Origin: Eledone cirrhosa | Taxonomy: Eukaryota | NCBI GenBank assembly: GCA_964016885.1 | Contig: OZ024741.1 | Span: 339,078,001-339,142,000, forward strand | Direction of reading: 5' to 3' | Length of the DNA: 64,000 nt | The notes under the pieces: generated by a model | Databases searched by the model: none | What the model was told of the DNA's origin: nothing | The model's input: the letters and a program-made list of their open reading frames with translations, nothing else | Shown: one piece after another, positions 26,343-40,648 of the stretch | How the letters are laid out: every line of letters begins with the position of its first letter | Numbering within the stretch: position 1 is the first letter of the stretch | Program-made: the position numbers and the translations under genes

Positions 26343-26714
26343 ATAGCAGCAGTAGTAGTAGTAGTAGTAGTGGTAGTAGTAGTAATAATAATAGCAGCAG
26401 TAGTAGTAATAGTAGTAGCAGCAGTAGTAGTAGTAGTAGTAGCAGCAGCACTAGTAGTGGTAGTAGTAGTAGTAGTAGTAGTAGTAGCAGTAGTAGTAGT
26501 AGTAGCAGCAGTAGTAGTAGTATTAGTGGTAGTGGTAGTAGTAGTAGTAGTAATAATAGCAGCAGTAGTAGTAATAGTAGTAGCAGCAGTAGTAGTAGTA
26601 GTAGTAGCAGCAGTAGCAGCACTAGTAGTAGTAGTAGTAGTAGTAGTAGTAGCAATAGTAGTAGTAGTAGCAGCAGTAGTAGTAGTAGTATTAGTGGTAG
26701 TGGTAGTGGTAGTG

Positions 26715-26754
<40 letters not shown>

Positions 26755-26775
26755 CTGCAGCAGCAGCAGCAGCAC

Positions 26776-26811
<36 letters not shown>

Positions 26812-27101
26812 CAGCAGCAGTAGTAGTAGTAGTGGGTAGTAGAAGCAGTAGCAGCAGTAGCAGCAGCAGCAGTAGTAGTAGTAGTAGTAGCAGCAGCAGT
26901 AGTAGTAGTAGTAGTAGTAGAAGTAGAAGCAGCAGTAGCAGAAGTAGTAGTAGTAGCAGCAGTAGCAGCAGTAGTATTAGTAGTAGTAGCAGCAGTAGTA
27001 GTAGCAGTGGTAGTAGTAGTAGTAGTAGTAGTAGTAGCAGTAGCAGCAGTAGTATTAGTAGTAGTAGTAGTAGCAGCAGCAGTAGTAGCAGTAGTAGTAG
27101 C

Positions 27102-27139
<38 letters not shown>

Positions 27140-27159
27140 CAGTAGTAGTAGTAGTAGCT

Positions 27160-27190
<31 letters not shown>

Positions 27191-27225
27191 CAGCAGTAGT
27201 AGTAGTATTAGTGGTAGTGGTAGTG

Positions 27226-27258
<33 letters not shown>

Positions 27259-27294
27259 ATAGCAGCAGTAGTACTAGTAGTATTAGTGGTAGTG

Positions 27295-27334
<40 letters not shown>

Positions 27335-27401
27335 CAGCAGCAGTAGTAGTAGTAGTAGCAGTAGCAGTAGCAGTAGTAGTAGTAGTAGCAACAGTAGCAG
27401 C

Positions 27402-27436
<35 letters not shown>

Positions 27437-27488
27437 CAGCAGTAGTAGTAGTAGTAGCAGCAGTAGTAGCAGTAGTAGTCGTAGTAGC

Positions 27489-27535
<47 letters not shown>

Positions 27536-27615
27536 CAGCAGCAGTAGTAGTAGTAGTAGTAATAGTAGCAATAGCAGCAGCAGCAGTAGTAGTAGTAGTG
27601 GGTAGTAGTAGCAGT

Positions 27616-27653
<38 letters not shown>

Positions 27654-27774
27654 TAGTAGCAGCAGCAGTAGTAGTAGTAGTAGTAGAAGTAGCAGCAGCA
27701 GTAGCAGTAGTAGTAGTAGTAGTAGCAGCAGTAGCAGCAGTAGTATTAGTAGTAGTAGCAGCAGTAGTAGTAGC

Positions 27775-27820
<46 letters not shown>

Positions 27821-27998
27821 ATAGCAGCAGTAGTAGTAGTAGTAGTGGTAGTAGTAGTAGTAATAATAGCAGCAGTAGTAGTAATAGTAGTAGCAGCAGT
27901 AGTAGTAGTAGTAGCAGCAGTAGTAGTAGAATTGTATTAGTGGTAGTGGTAGTGGTAGTAGTAGTAGTAGTAGTAGTAGTAGCATCAGTAGTAGTAGC

Positions 27999-28042
<44 letters not shown>

Positions 28043-28060
28043 CAGCAGCAGCAGCAGCAC

Positions 28061-28105
<45 letters not shown>

Positions 28106-28393
28106 CAGTAGTAGTAGTAGTGGGTAGTAGTAGCAGTAGCAGCAGTAGCAGCAGTAGTAGTAGTAGTAGTAGTAGCAGCAGCAGTAGTAGTAGTAGTAGT
28201 AGAAGTAGCAGCAGCAGTAGCAGAAGTATTAGTAGTAGTAGCAGCAGTAGTAGTAGCAGAAGTAGTAGTAGTAGCAGCAGTAGCAGCAGTAGTATTAGTA
28301 GTAGTAGCAGCAGTAGTAGTAGCAGAAGTAGTAGTAGTAGCAGCAGTAGCAGCAGTAGTATTAGTAGTAGTAGCAGCAGTAGTAGTAGCAGTG

Positions 28394-28424
<31 letters not shown>

Positions 28425-28488
28425 CAGTAGCAGCAGTAGTATTAGTAGTAGTAGTAGTAGCAGCAGCAGTAGTAGCAGTAGTAGTAGC

Positions 28489-28538
<50 letters not shown>

Positions 28539-28540
28539 CT

Positions 28541-28583
<43 letters not shown>

Positions 28584-28681
28584 CAGCAGTAGTAGTAGTA
28601 TTAGTGGTAGTGGTAGTGGTAGTAGTAGTAGTAGTAGTAGTAGTAATAGCAGCAGTAGTAGTAGTAGTATTAGTGGTAGTG

Positions 28682-28718
<37 letters not shown>

Positions 28719-28782
28719 CAGCAGCAGTAGTAGTAGTAGTAGTAGCAGTAGCAGTAGTAGTAGTAGTAGCAACAGTAGCAGC

Positions 28783-28829
<47 letters not shown>

Positions 28830-28890
28830 CAGCAGTAGTAGTAGTAGTAGCAGCAGTAGCAGCAGTAGTAGCAGTAGTAGTAGTAGTAGC

Positions 28891-28928
<38 letters not shown>

Positions 28929-29001
28929 CAGCAGCAGTAGTAGTAGTAGTAGTAATAGTAGCAATAGCAGCAGCAGTAGTAGTAGTAGTGGGTAGTAGTA
29001 G

Positions 29002-29046
<45 letters not shown>

Positions 29047-29136
29047 TAGTAGCAGCAGTAGTAGTAGTAGTAGTAGAAGTAGCAGCAGCAGTAGCAGTAG
29101 TAGTAGTAGTAGTAGCAGCAGTAGCAGCAGTAGTAT

Positions 29137-29168
<32 letters not shown>

Positions 29169-29195
29169 ATAGCAGCAGTAGTAGTAGTAGCAGTG

Positions 29196-29243
<48 letters not shown>

Positions 29244-29395
29244 ATAGCAGCAGTAGTAGTAGTAGCAGTGGTAGTAGTAGTAATAGTAGTAGCAGCAGTA
29301 GTAGTAGTAGTAGCAGCAGTAGTAGTAGTAGTATTAGTGGTAGTGATAGTGGTAGTAGTAGTAGTAGTAGTAGTAGTAGCAGCAGTAGTAGTAGC

Positions 29396-29447
<52 letters not shown>

Positions 29448-29569
29448 ATAGCAGCAGTAGTAGTAGTAGTAGTAGCAGAGCAGCAGCACTAGTAGTAGTA
29501 GTAGTAGTAGTAGCAGTAGTAGTAGTAGTAGCAGCAGTAGTAGTAGTAGTATTAGTGGTAGTGGTAGTG

Positions 29570-29606
<37 letters not shown>

Positions 29607-29805
29607 AACTAGCAGCAGCAGTAGTAGTAGTAGTATCAGTAGTAGCAGTAGTAGTAGTAGTAGCAGCAGCAGTAGTAGTAGTAGTAGCAGTAGTAGCAGT
29701 AGTAGTATTAGTGGTAGTGGTAGTGGTAGTAGTAGTAGCAGTAGCAGCAGTAGTATTAGTAGTAGTAGTAGTAGTAGCAGCAGCAGTAGTAGCAGTAGTA
29801 GTAGC

Positions 29806-29849
<44 letters not shown>

Positions 29850-29917
29850 CAGTAGTAGCAGTAGTAGTAGTACTAGTAGCAGTAGTAGCAGTAGTAGTAT
29901 TAGTGGTAGTGGTAGTG

Positions 29918-29951
<34 letters not shown>

Positions 29952-30667
29952 CAGTAGTAGTAGCAGTAGTAGCAGTAGTAGTAGTAGTAGCAGCAGCAGT
30001 AGTAGTAGTAGTAGCAGTAGTAGTAGTAGTAGTAGTAGTAGCAGCAGCAGTAGTAGTAGTAGTAGCAGTAGTAGCAGTAGTAGTATTAGTGGTAGTGGTA
30101 GTGGTAGTAGTAGTAGTAGTAGTAGTAGTAGAACTAGCAGCAGCAGTAGTAGTAGTAGTAGTAGCAGTAGCAGTAGTAGCAGTAGTAGTAGCAGTAGTAG
30201 TAGTAGTAGTAGTAGTAGCAGTAGTAGTAGTAGTAGTAGTAGCAGCAGTAGTAGTAGTAGTAGTAGTAGTAGCAGTAGTAGCAGTAGTAGTAGTAGTAGC
30301 AGCAGCAGTAGTATTAGTATTAGTAGTAGTAGCAGTAGCAGCAGTAGTATTAGTAGTAGTAGTAGTAGTAGCAGCAGCAGTAGTAGCAGTAGTAGTAGCA
30401 GTAGTAGTAGTAGTAGTAGTATCAGTAGTAGTAGTAGTAGTAGCAGCAGCAGTAGTAGTAGTAGTAGCAGTAGTAGCAGTAGTAGTAGTAGCTGTAGTAG
30501 TAGCAGTAGTAGCAGTAGTAGTAGCAGCAGCAGCAGTAGTAGCAGTAGTAGTAGCAGTAGTAGTAGTAGTAGTAGTAGTATCAGTAGTAGCAGTAGTAGT
30601 AGTAGTAGCAGCAGCAGTAGTAGTAGTAGTAGCAGTAGTTGCAGTAGTAGTAGTAGTGGGTAGTAGT

Positions 30668-30726
<59 letters not shown>

Positions 30727-30784
30727 CAGCAGCAGTAGTATTAGTAGTAGTAGTAGTAGTAGCAGTAGTAGCAGTAGTAGTAGC

Positions 30785-30828
<44 letters not shown>

Positions 30829-30875
30829 CAGTAGTAGTAGCAGCAGCAGTAGTAGTAGTAGTAGCAGTAGTAGTA
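25481..30875 (+). repeat. 5.4-kb (AGT/AGC)n array with higher-order duplication
   Basis: Rare marker GTGGGTAGT recurs at ~26213, 26832, 27598, 28120, 28988 and 30656. Confidence 0.95.
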
Positions 30876-30961
30876 TTTGTCGGTGGTGTTACAGCTCTGC
30901 AAATTTGCATATAGAAACCCTTGATATCTGAGACATCTTGATGAGAAACAGAATATATTAA

Positions 30962-31294
30962 AGACAGATACACAGTCACACACACAGGTAGACACACATA
31001 CACAGTCACACACACAGGTAGACACACACAGATAGACACACGCACACAGGTAGACACACACAGATAGACACGCACAGATAGACACTCACAGTCACCACAC
31101 AGTCACACACACAGTCACACACACAGATAGACACACAGTCACACACACACAGATAGACGACACACAGTCACACACACAGATAGACACACACACACAGTCA
31201 CACACAAACACATACAGACACTGACACATACACTAACATGGACACACAGATAGACACACACAGTTACATACACACACAGTCACACTCAGTCACA

Positions 31295-31327
<33 letters not shown>

Positions 31328-31455
31328 GAGCACAGGCACATACAAATGCATATAAGCACACTGACACAGACACAAATACAAACACACGTACAGAGACACA
31401 CAGACACACACAGACATACATGCACACAAACAGACTTACACACTCAGACACACAT
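30962..31455 (+). repeat. (CA)n-rich degenerate microsatellite
   Basis: Seen directly. Confidence 0.9.
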
Positions 31456-31699
31456 ATATATATAAGAAAATGAGGTTTATTTTAATAAAAACCGAGATAT
31501 CTTACAGGGGTGAAAGTATAAGGAAAAGAAATCGAAAATGCAACTGGAGTTTTTTTAAGAATATTTATTTATTTCCTTTACCGGTTTCACAGTTTTTATA
31601 CTTTTCAAAAGTAGAATTGAGATGGAGGGTTTGTGGTTTCTCTCGCATCTGGTTCGTGTTTGAAAGTTCTTTCTATTTTAAGAGTGGCTAGAATTGCTT

Positions 31700-31882
31700 G
31701 CATAGCTAATATCGGTAGAGGGTCGGACGCCATGCTTTGACGCATAGAGTTACGGCCCTTGCCATTCTGAGTTCAAATCCCGCCGAGGTTAACTTTGCCT
31801 TTCATCCTTATGGGGTCGATAAAATAAAGTACCAGTAATACACTGGGTAATTGCTGGCCTTGTGCCAAAAGTAGAAACAATT
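31700..31882 (+). mobile_element. SINE family B copy
   Basis: Near-identical to 21718-21900. Confidence 0.82.
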
Positions 31883-31902
31883 ATATACATACATACATAC
31901 AT

Positions 31903-31903
<1 letters not shown>

Positions 31904-31950
<47 letters not shown>

Positions 31951-32597
31951 GTTTAATGTCTATCTTCCACGCTAGCATGGGTTTAGACAGGAATTGTCCC
32001 ACTCAAGGCAAGATTGGTCGTCTCGCTCGTATAGGACTGTCTGGCAGGTTTTCTACGTCTGGATGCCCTTCCTAACACCAACCACGTTTACAGTGTGGAC
32101 TGGGAGGTTTTTATCGTGTTACCTACACGGCCACATTACAGTGTGGACTGTGTGTTTTTTTGTTGTGACATCTACACGGCCTCATTCATTTAAGACTGGT
32201 TGTTGTGGTACCAACATAACTTAACAAAGAAAGGGGTGGTGTTAATGGCGGTGGGGTGGAGTAGGGGTAGTCGGATGAGGGTGTATATTTAGTTAAGAGT
32301 TGCCTACTGACTGTAGGTTTCGTTTTGTACATAGGCAAGGCGGGTCTTCTGTATGACTGTGTAGCGCCAAAGATCTTGGTCCAGTGACATTGTCTTAGAG
32401 AGATGTAAATGTGTAAGGTCGGAATTTATCAAATCGTCCCAGGTTTTTCTGGGTCTGCCTACTCCGTAACTTCCATCAATTTTGATCGCCCTGCACTTTT
32501 TTATACAGCTGTCGTCTTTCATGCGCATCACGTGACCATACCAACGCAGTCTTCTCTCGAGTAAACAGCATCTGATCCCTCTAATTCCTAATTTCTC
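31904..32597 (-). mobile_element. RTE LINE 3' fragment
   Basis: RRLRWYGHVMRM..GRPRKTW, 3' UTR and (GAT)n tail; microsatellite flanks. Confidence 0.92.
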
Positions 32598-33179
32598 ATA
32601 TATATATATTAGGGTGGCCCTTATTTTTGAACTTTCTAAAGGTTTACCTCCCACCCCCTATCTTGTTTCAATTAATAAAAAAACAATTTATACAAAACTT
32701 TAGTTCAAGAGGATAATTGCAAGGCGACTCTCATCGACTGAAATTTTGAAGCTTTCGCCTGGAAAGTCATTTTATGAGATAAACATTTTTTATCTCTTAT
32801 ATAATTTTCTCTTAAATTAAAAACTTGTTCAGACTTATTCTTGGTATTAGAAGGGTAAGTGACAATAAATATAATACGGAAGGCAGCTTGCAAAGCTGGG
32901 GACAGAGCACCGGTATAGGGCAAACACCTATTTTTCGCTGTGGGAACAGCAAAATTTTAACTTTCGGAAAATTACCTATTAAACATATATCCATATGTGG
33001 TTGACAGCTGAGAGAAATGAGTACTCGGTATTGAGTAATATATATATACATGCACATATATATATGATGTGTATATACTCTCCTTACTATCCTTACTATC
33101 CTTACTATCCTTGCTTTCATATTTCTTCTTGCTCCCCTTTTCTCATTGTATTTGTATATAAACAAGTACATAGATAGAA

Positions 33180-33510
33180 GAAAGTGAGAGTAAGGAGAAA
33201 AGGAGAGTAAGGAGAAAAGGAGAGCAAAGAGAGCAATGAGAAAAGGAGAGCAAGGAGATCAATGAGAAAAGGAGAGCAAGGAGAGCAAGGATAAAGGGAG
33301 AGCAAGGCGAAAAGGAGAGCAAGGAGATCAAGGAGAGCAATGAGAGCAAGGAGAAAAGGAGAGCAAGGAGAGGAAGGAGAAAAGGAGAACAAGGAGAGTA
33401 ATGAGAAAAGGAGAGCAAGGAGTTCAAGGATAAAAGGAGAGCAAGGATAAAAGGAGATCAAGGAGAGGAAGGAGAGCAAGGAGAGCAATGAGAAAAGGAG
33501 AGCAAGGAAA
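33180..33510 (+). repeat. Purine-rich 9-bp-based minisatellite (GGAGAGCAA/GGAGAAAA)
   Basis: Seen directly. Confidence 0.9.
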
Positions 33511-33927
33511 GGTTAAGGCAAATTTTGCTCAAGTTATGCTAGAAGCAGACAAAAGTGAAGAAGAAGAAAATAAATCAACTGAAGCGGTACATTCTGCACC
33601 AAAATGCCTTCTTCCTTTACAAACATTGAGTTTTCGTCTTTTGTAACTCCTGGTACAAAATCTTTATCCACGTGATTTTCTATCAGCACCGATTTCCTCG
33701 ATAAAGACGCTTCAACATGAAAAGATGATCCTGGTTACAAAGTGGACTTGAAAAACTTGAGAAGACAGTTGTGAATGATGTTGCAGAAAGAGGTGTCAAA
33801 CTCATTCAGGATTACAATTACATTCTCACAAATGATGAAACTGAGAAACAATTTGTTTTACAGATCATTACCGAAAATCGTAAGACATACCCAACTGCCA
33901 CTAAATCCTCTCTTATGCAAAAATAAT

Positions 33928-34111
33928 TGTTTCTACTTTAGGCACAAGGCCAGCAATTACCCAGTGCATTACTGGTACTTTATTTTATCGACCCCGTAAG
34001 GATGAAAGGCAAAGTCAACCTCGGCGGGATTTGAACTCAGATCGTAAAGGTACGTAACTATGCTGGAAAGCATGGCGTCCGACCCTCTACCGATACTGCC
34101 AATCCACCGCC
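33928..34111 (-). mobile_element. SINE family B copy with target-site duplication
   Basis: CTTATGCAAAAATAAT at 33912-33927 and 34112-34127. Confidence 0.88.
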
Positions 34112-35019
34112 CTTATGCAAAAATAATGTTCAATATTCAGTGTTTAGTGTTCACATTACGTTTTTGATTCAATAGAAATTATTGTTGTAAACAAAAATGT
34201 GTTTCTCTTATAGAAGTTGTGTGCTTTATTAAGAAAACCTAATATTTCTTAAGTTTTTCATGTTATTTCATGAATTTTTCAAATTAACTATTGGTAAATT
34301 TGATTCGGAACGTTTTTAAACATTTGCTGGGGTTGCCTGGATGTGTCCACATAAATTTCTCTAAGAAGAGAAAATAAAATGGTCGAGATAGGGAACAGTA
34401 TATCGCTTTTGAACAGAATTAATCATTGCGTATAGTATGTTCTAACTTCAAGGCGTTTGAGGGTCACCTAACAATTATTTGATTGAGCTAAAATTTTGCA
34501 CACCCCGTGGTTTTGTTAATACAAACGCTAAATTACATACTTACATCTGTAAAAACAATAGAAACATCACTTACACAGCCACTAACACATACATATACAC
34601 ACACATACGTACACTCTCACACACAAAAAAATCACCTATACATACCCACCTGTAGACACACTCATTAAACACACAAGCAATAATACAAACACACTCACAT
34701 ATATAGAAATTACATAAAAAGCCTGACGCACACCAAAAAACTATAACCTCACAGACATACACACACACATACATATCAGTGTGCACACTTTACTTTATAA
34801 GACTTTGGGTTACACAGACAGAAGCCACGCACATCAACCAATTTCTTCCCTTCGACACACTCACACACAGCCACACCCATGCCACTCCCTTACCGTTCAA
34901 ACAGTTCCCCCAGGCCGGACTTTTCATCCACCTTTCCTTATTAACAATTTTTATTTTAACTTCCTTCCCTAACCTTCTCACACTACTCATACATGTATCT
35001 GTTCTTTTCTTCTCCAAAC

Positions 35020-35055
35020 TTTCCTGAAGAAGGACTTCTGTCAGAAATGTTGAAA
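35020..35055 (+). ncRNA. Decayed minimal hammerhead
   Basis: TTTC-CTGAAGA-aGGAC ttct GTCa-GAAA-TG-TT-GAAA; stem II and stem III closing pairs are damaged. Confidence 0.45.
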
Positions 35056-35142
35056 CCTCCTCCACTTCCACCAAACATGAACCTAATATAACTGAGTAAA
35101 ATTGCCTCCTGTGTTATGTTTGTTTCATTTATTAGCTATATA

Positions 35143-35185
<43 letters not shown>

Positions 35186-35670
35186 ATGCGTGCGTGTGTG
35201 AGTATGTGTGTGTTATGTGTGTCTGGGATATCAGTCACTCCGCTTCAGTACTGATTTGGTCTATGTAGTCTCATGTATATATATATACATATATATACGA
35301 TATCGTATATCTACTCCAAAACTTGTTGAGTGCTTTATATCAGTTATAAAATATTTACTCGTTGTAACCCAACAATTTTAAATAAAACTTTTGCATATAT
35401 ACATATATATATATATGAATAAATTTAGTCCTTCATCAGTGATCTTCCAACCTTCATTGGTATTTCATCGCTTTAAAGACCATATACCTCCGGTTGGTGC
35501 GAGCAACGGCTAAAGAAAGTCGTTGGGACATGTAAATAAGGGGAACGAGCAAGACAGTAAACAATCAAAGATGGTAATGCAACGAGGAAAAGAAAATGCT
35601 GACAAATTTTTCCCAGTGAAAAATAGTTTAATTAGGAATAAGTATAAGTGTTTGTATATCCTTTAAATTT

Positions 35671-35740
<70 letters not shown>

Positions 35741-35961
35741 AAATTTAAAGGATATACAAACATTTTTTCCCCATATATCTAGTTGAGAAACAACTAGTTT
35801 TATGTAGATATATATAGAACAACAAATAATAAATGTACTCACTTAAGGAAAGAATGAAGCCAACATTGCCTAAAGTTCACTTATACAGTCGCTTCATGAA
35901 CATTCCAGAACATGATTCTTATAACCAATTTAATGATTGAGCTCAATCATTAATTATTGAT

Positions 35962-36008
35962 CTTAGTCATATGTATCATTAAGACCAACGAACTCATTCA
36001 TCAGTAAG
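35962..36008 (-). ncRNA. Decayed hammerhead
   Basis: Minus strand: CTTA-CTGATGA-atgag..cttaat-GATA-CATATG-AC-TAAG; two core substitutions. Confidence 0.4.
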
Positions 36009-36022
36009 TGATTAAAGTCTTA

Positions 36023-36088
<66 letters not shown>

Positions 36089-36134
36089 TCCCTTCTGTAA
36101 GACATTAATTTAACACCACGCAGATTTATTTAAA

Positions 36135-37122
36135 CATAACCACCACTACCACCACTACTGCTACTAACAATACTACTACAGCCACAACCACAACCACCAC
36201 CACCACTACTGCTACCATCAATAATACCACCATAACCACCAACACAACCACAGCCACCACAACTACCACAGCCACCACACCCACCACCACAACCACCAAT
36301 GCCACAACCACCACCACCACTACTGCTACCATCAATAATACCACCACAAAACCACCAACACGACCACAACCGCCACAACCACCACTACCAACATCACCAC
36401 CACCACAACCACCACCACAACCACCAATGCCACAACCACCACCACTACCAACATCGCCACCACCACAACCACCAACACAACCACAATCGCCTCAACCACC
36501 ACCACCACAACCACCACCACAACCACCCACCACAACCACCAATGCCACAACCACCACCACCACTACTGCTACCATCATTAATATCACCATAACCACCAAC
36601 ATGACCACAGCCATCACAACCACCACCACCAACATCACCACAGTCACCAATGCCAAAACCATCAACACCACTACAGCCACCAATAGCACAATAACCAAAA
36701 CCACCACCACCACCTCCAACAAGACAACCACCAACACCACAACTACCAACACAACTACAGCCACGAATACCACCACCACTACTAGCACCACCACCACCTC
36801 CAACATCACAACCACCAACAACACAACCACCAACACAACTATAGCCACGAATACCACCACAACTACTAGCACCACCAAAACCACCACCACCTCCAACATC
36901 ACAACCACCAACAACACAACCACCAACACATCTACAGCCACGAATACCACCACCACCACCACTACTAGCACCACCAAAACCACCACCACCTCCAACATCA
37001 CAACCACCAACAACACAACCACCAACACAACTATAGCCACGAATACCACCACCACTACCACCACTACTAGCACCACCTAAACAACCACCACCAACACCAC
37101 CACAACCACTAATCACCAACAT
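36135..37122 (+). repeat. (ACC/AAC)n degenerate array with ~90-100 bp sub-repeats
   Basis: AGCCACGAATACCACC recurs at ~36759, 36843, 36936 and 37035. Confidence 0.9.
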
Positions 37123-37503
37123 TACTTCCCCTCTTCATCAATACCACTACCAATAGTACCATTGGTTCTGTTAGTCATGGAAGACATTGTTTCAGTGTGT
37201 GAAGACTCCATATAAAATGTTGGTTCCATATAAAATATTTGGCACCATTTTGGCTGTTTACTTTCACTAAACTGTTTCACTTGGAAATAGTTTTCACAGG
37301 TTTTCTCATCTTGTTGTTTTTGTTGTTGTTGTTCTTCTTATTGGATTATATTTTTGGTTTTTGTACATGGGTTTATGTGTGTGTGTGTGTGTGTACAAGC
37401 ACACACAATCACATATATATTTGTCTATATATACATATATTCATGTAAATATTATGTCTGTGTATATTATGTGTGTCTGTGTATACATATACATATATAT
37501 GAA

Positions 37504-37580
<77 letters not shown>

Positions 37581-37696
37581 ATATATATATATGTATTCAT
37601 TTGCAGTTGACGGTTGAGAGGAAAGAGTACTCAATACCGAAGTAGAGTTTTAATATTCATTTTATTAGGGCTGAATAGTGACTCTCTATTCAACCG

Positions 37697-37732
<36 letters not shown>

Positions 37733-37765
<33 letters not shown>

Positions 37766-40035
37766 GTTTAACGTCCGTGTTCCACGCTTGCATGGGTTTG
37801 GACGGGGGTTTTCCCACTTGAGGCAAGAGTGGTTATCTTGCTCGCATAGGACTATCTGGCAGGTTTTCTACAGCTGGATGCCCTTCCTAACACCAACCAC
37901 ATTTACAGTGTGGGGCTGGGAGGTTTTTACCGTGTTGCCTACACGGCCACATTACAGCGTGAACTGTGTGTTTTTTTATCGTGACACCTACACGATCTCA
38001 TTTGTTTCGGCCTGGATGTTGTGGCACCAACATAACTTTACATTGAAAGGGGCGGTGTGGATGGGGTGGGGGTGGTGGGACGGGGGTGTATTTTGTTAGA
38101 GATGCCTACTGACTGTAGTAGGTTTTACTTCGTATTTAGGTAAGGCGGGTCTTCTCTATTACTGAGTACCGCCAAAGGTCTCGGTCCAGTGACATTGTCT
38201 TGGTGAGGTGTAAGTGTGTGAGGTCGGAATTTATCAGCTCGTCCCAGGTTTTTCTGGGTCTGCCTATTCCGTGGCTACCGTCTATCTTTATTGCCCTGCA
38301 TGCGCATCACGTGACCATACCAACGTAGCCTTCTCTCGAGTAAACAACATCTGATCCCTCTTATTTCTAATTTTTTCTTTAGTTCGTTTATGCTTTGCCG
38401 TTCACGTATATTACTATTACACATCCAGCGGAGCATGCAAGCTTCGTTTCTCTCTAGTCTGCGTATATCCTCTGCACACAATGCCCAGGTCTCACTGCCA
38501 TGCCACATTGCTGTTCGTATGCAGGCATCGTACAACCTGCCTTTCATTTTTAGGGAGAACCCTTTAGCGGCTAATAGCGGTATAAGCTCTCTGAACTTTT
38601 TCCATCCAGTTCTGACTCTAGCTACTGTACTTTCAGAGCACCCTCCACCACTGCTGATTTTGTCACCCAGGTAACGGAAGCTGTCCACTATTTCTATAGA
38701 ACCCTCTGCGCAGTTGAAAGAGCTAGTATTTTGTGGGCACTTGCTGCTACTTATTGCCCCAGAGCACCGGCCACATGTAAAATCTATGTTCTTAGTTAGC
38801 TTACCTGTGATCCCACTACATCTTTTATGCACCCATACTTTCCATTTGGGACACAAAATGGAGTTTCTACCTACGCCTTTTCTACACACTGAGCATGGCC
38901 ACTTCCCGGAGGGGACCGCCGCCTTATTTTCTTTCTTACAAACTAGAACTTTAGTCTTAGCCAGGTTAATTTTAAGGCCTTTTGATTCTAGGCCGTGCTT
39001 CCATGTTTGGAATTTCTTCTCTAGCTCGGCCAATGATTCAGCTATGAGCGTTAGATCATCTGCGTATAGGAGTTCCCATGGGCAGCCGGTCTTGAACTCC
39101 ACTGTTATAGCCTGGAGGGCAATAATAAATAGTAGGGGGCTAAGAACAGAGCCCTGATGAACACCAACTTTTACGCTAAACTCTTCACTATATTCGTTGT
39201 TAATTCTAACCTTGCTGACTGTTTCTTTATACATGGCTTGTATAGCTCTCACAAGCCATTCATCAACACCTAGTTTTCTGAGAGCCCACCAGATAATGGG
39301 GCATGGGATTCTGTCAAAGGCTTTCTCCAAGTCAACAAAAGCTAAGTATAGGGGTTTACTTTTAGCTAGGTACTTCTCCTGTAGTTGTCGTACAATGAAA
39401 AGAGCGCCTGTGGTACTTTTACCTGACACAAACCCGAACTGCATTTCATCTAGCTAAATTCGCTCACTGATTAGTTGTGCTATTACTTTTTCTGTGACCT
39501 TCATGACCTGGTCAATTAATTTAATGCCTCTATAGTTTCCCCTATCTAGGGAATCTCCTTTACCCTTGTAGCAGTTAACGATGCTGCTGCTATGCCAGTC
39601 CGCGGTACAACCCCATTCAGTATGACTTGGTTTACTATCCGGGTGACCATAGTGTGTCCTACTGTTCCAGATGCTTTCAGCATTTCAGCAACTATTTCCG
39701 AAGGCCCAGCCACCTTACCCGTCTTCATATCTTTGATTGCCTTACTTATTATACTACCTTCGACTAACACTGCTGGTCCCTCTATTGGGTCGATGTGGGG
39801 GAGACTGTCTTTCTCCCATTTATTCTCCTCATTTAGTAGCCTTTCATAGTGACACTTCCAAGCTACCTTCTTATCAGCGTCGGTGATGGCAAGTACGCCG
39901 TCATCATTAAGTACACACTTCTCCCCGACAATATCACGGTTTTCCTTGACACATTGCCTAGCAATCCTGAACACCTCACGTTTTTGGTCCTCGCGTTGTA
40001 GAACATGCTTGAACTTTCTTTCCTCTGCTTCCCTT

Positions 40036-40037
<2 letters not shown>
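37733..40037 (-). mobile_element. RTE LINE, 5'-truncated, frameshifted
   Basis: ORFs 39546-39974 and 38275-39444 (FVDLEKAFD, GVHQGSVLSP, LYADD, RYLG); (GAT)n tail; (TA)n flanks. Confidence 0.95.
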
Positions 40038-40087
<50 letters not shown>

Positions 40088-40221
40088 CATATTTACAATG
40101 ATTTTTTCTGTTAGATTGGGTTGCTTGCGTTGTACCTGCTTATACAATGTTACTGAACACAGTTTCTAAATTCTATCTACATTACATCTTGTAATGGTAA
40201 TCACTCATATTTGTGTGTGTA

Positions 40222-40462
40222 TCATCATCACCATTTTACGTCTATTCTTCCACGCTATCATGGGTTAGACGGGTTGCCCTGTTGTGGGCAGTGCTAGGTT
40301 GGGTGAACTGATTTTGGCTTGATTTCTACAGCTGGATGCCCTTTCTAACACCAACCTAATTTACAGTGAGTGCTGGGTGCTTTTTTACCGTGGCGCCTAC
40401 ACGGCCACTTTACAGTGTGAGCTGGGTGCTTTTTTACTGTGGCGCCTACACGACCACTTTAC
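40222..40462 (-). mobile_element. 3' part of an RTE-tailed SINE (family A-related) with ~50-bp internal tandem duplication
   Basis: GATTTCTACAGCTGGATGCCCT..CACCAACC block plus RTE-type 3' end. Confidence 0.7.
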
Positions 40463-40648
40463 ATGGACAAGATTTGTTTCATTTGTGAGATGATTTCTTA
40501 TGAATGAAACAGTTCTAGTCATTTCTATAATAAAATAATATATATATATACACACATACACATATATACACATATATGAATATATATGTATGTATATATA
40601 AATATATATATGTATATATATATATGTGTATATATATATATATATATA

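Larger units (their letters stand above)
32610..34545 (+). mobile_element. Internally deleted hAT-superfamily (hATm-like) DNA transposon remnant
   Basis: Starts TAGGGTGGCCC. ~33620-33910 translates to FVTPGT..STDFLDKD..VVNDVAERGVKLIQDYNYILTNDETEKQFVLQIITENRKTYP (transposase C-terminus, recognised from memory). No right TIR found, so the right end is approximate. Confidence 0.55.

Noticed and set aside
24158-31085. Long poly-L/V/S/T/C ORFs
   Set aside because: Translations of trinucleotide arrays, open in several frames on both strands.
38390-39849. Antisense ORFs over RTE copies
   Set aside because: Shadow frames of the RT coding strand.
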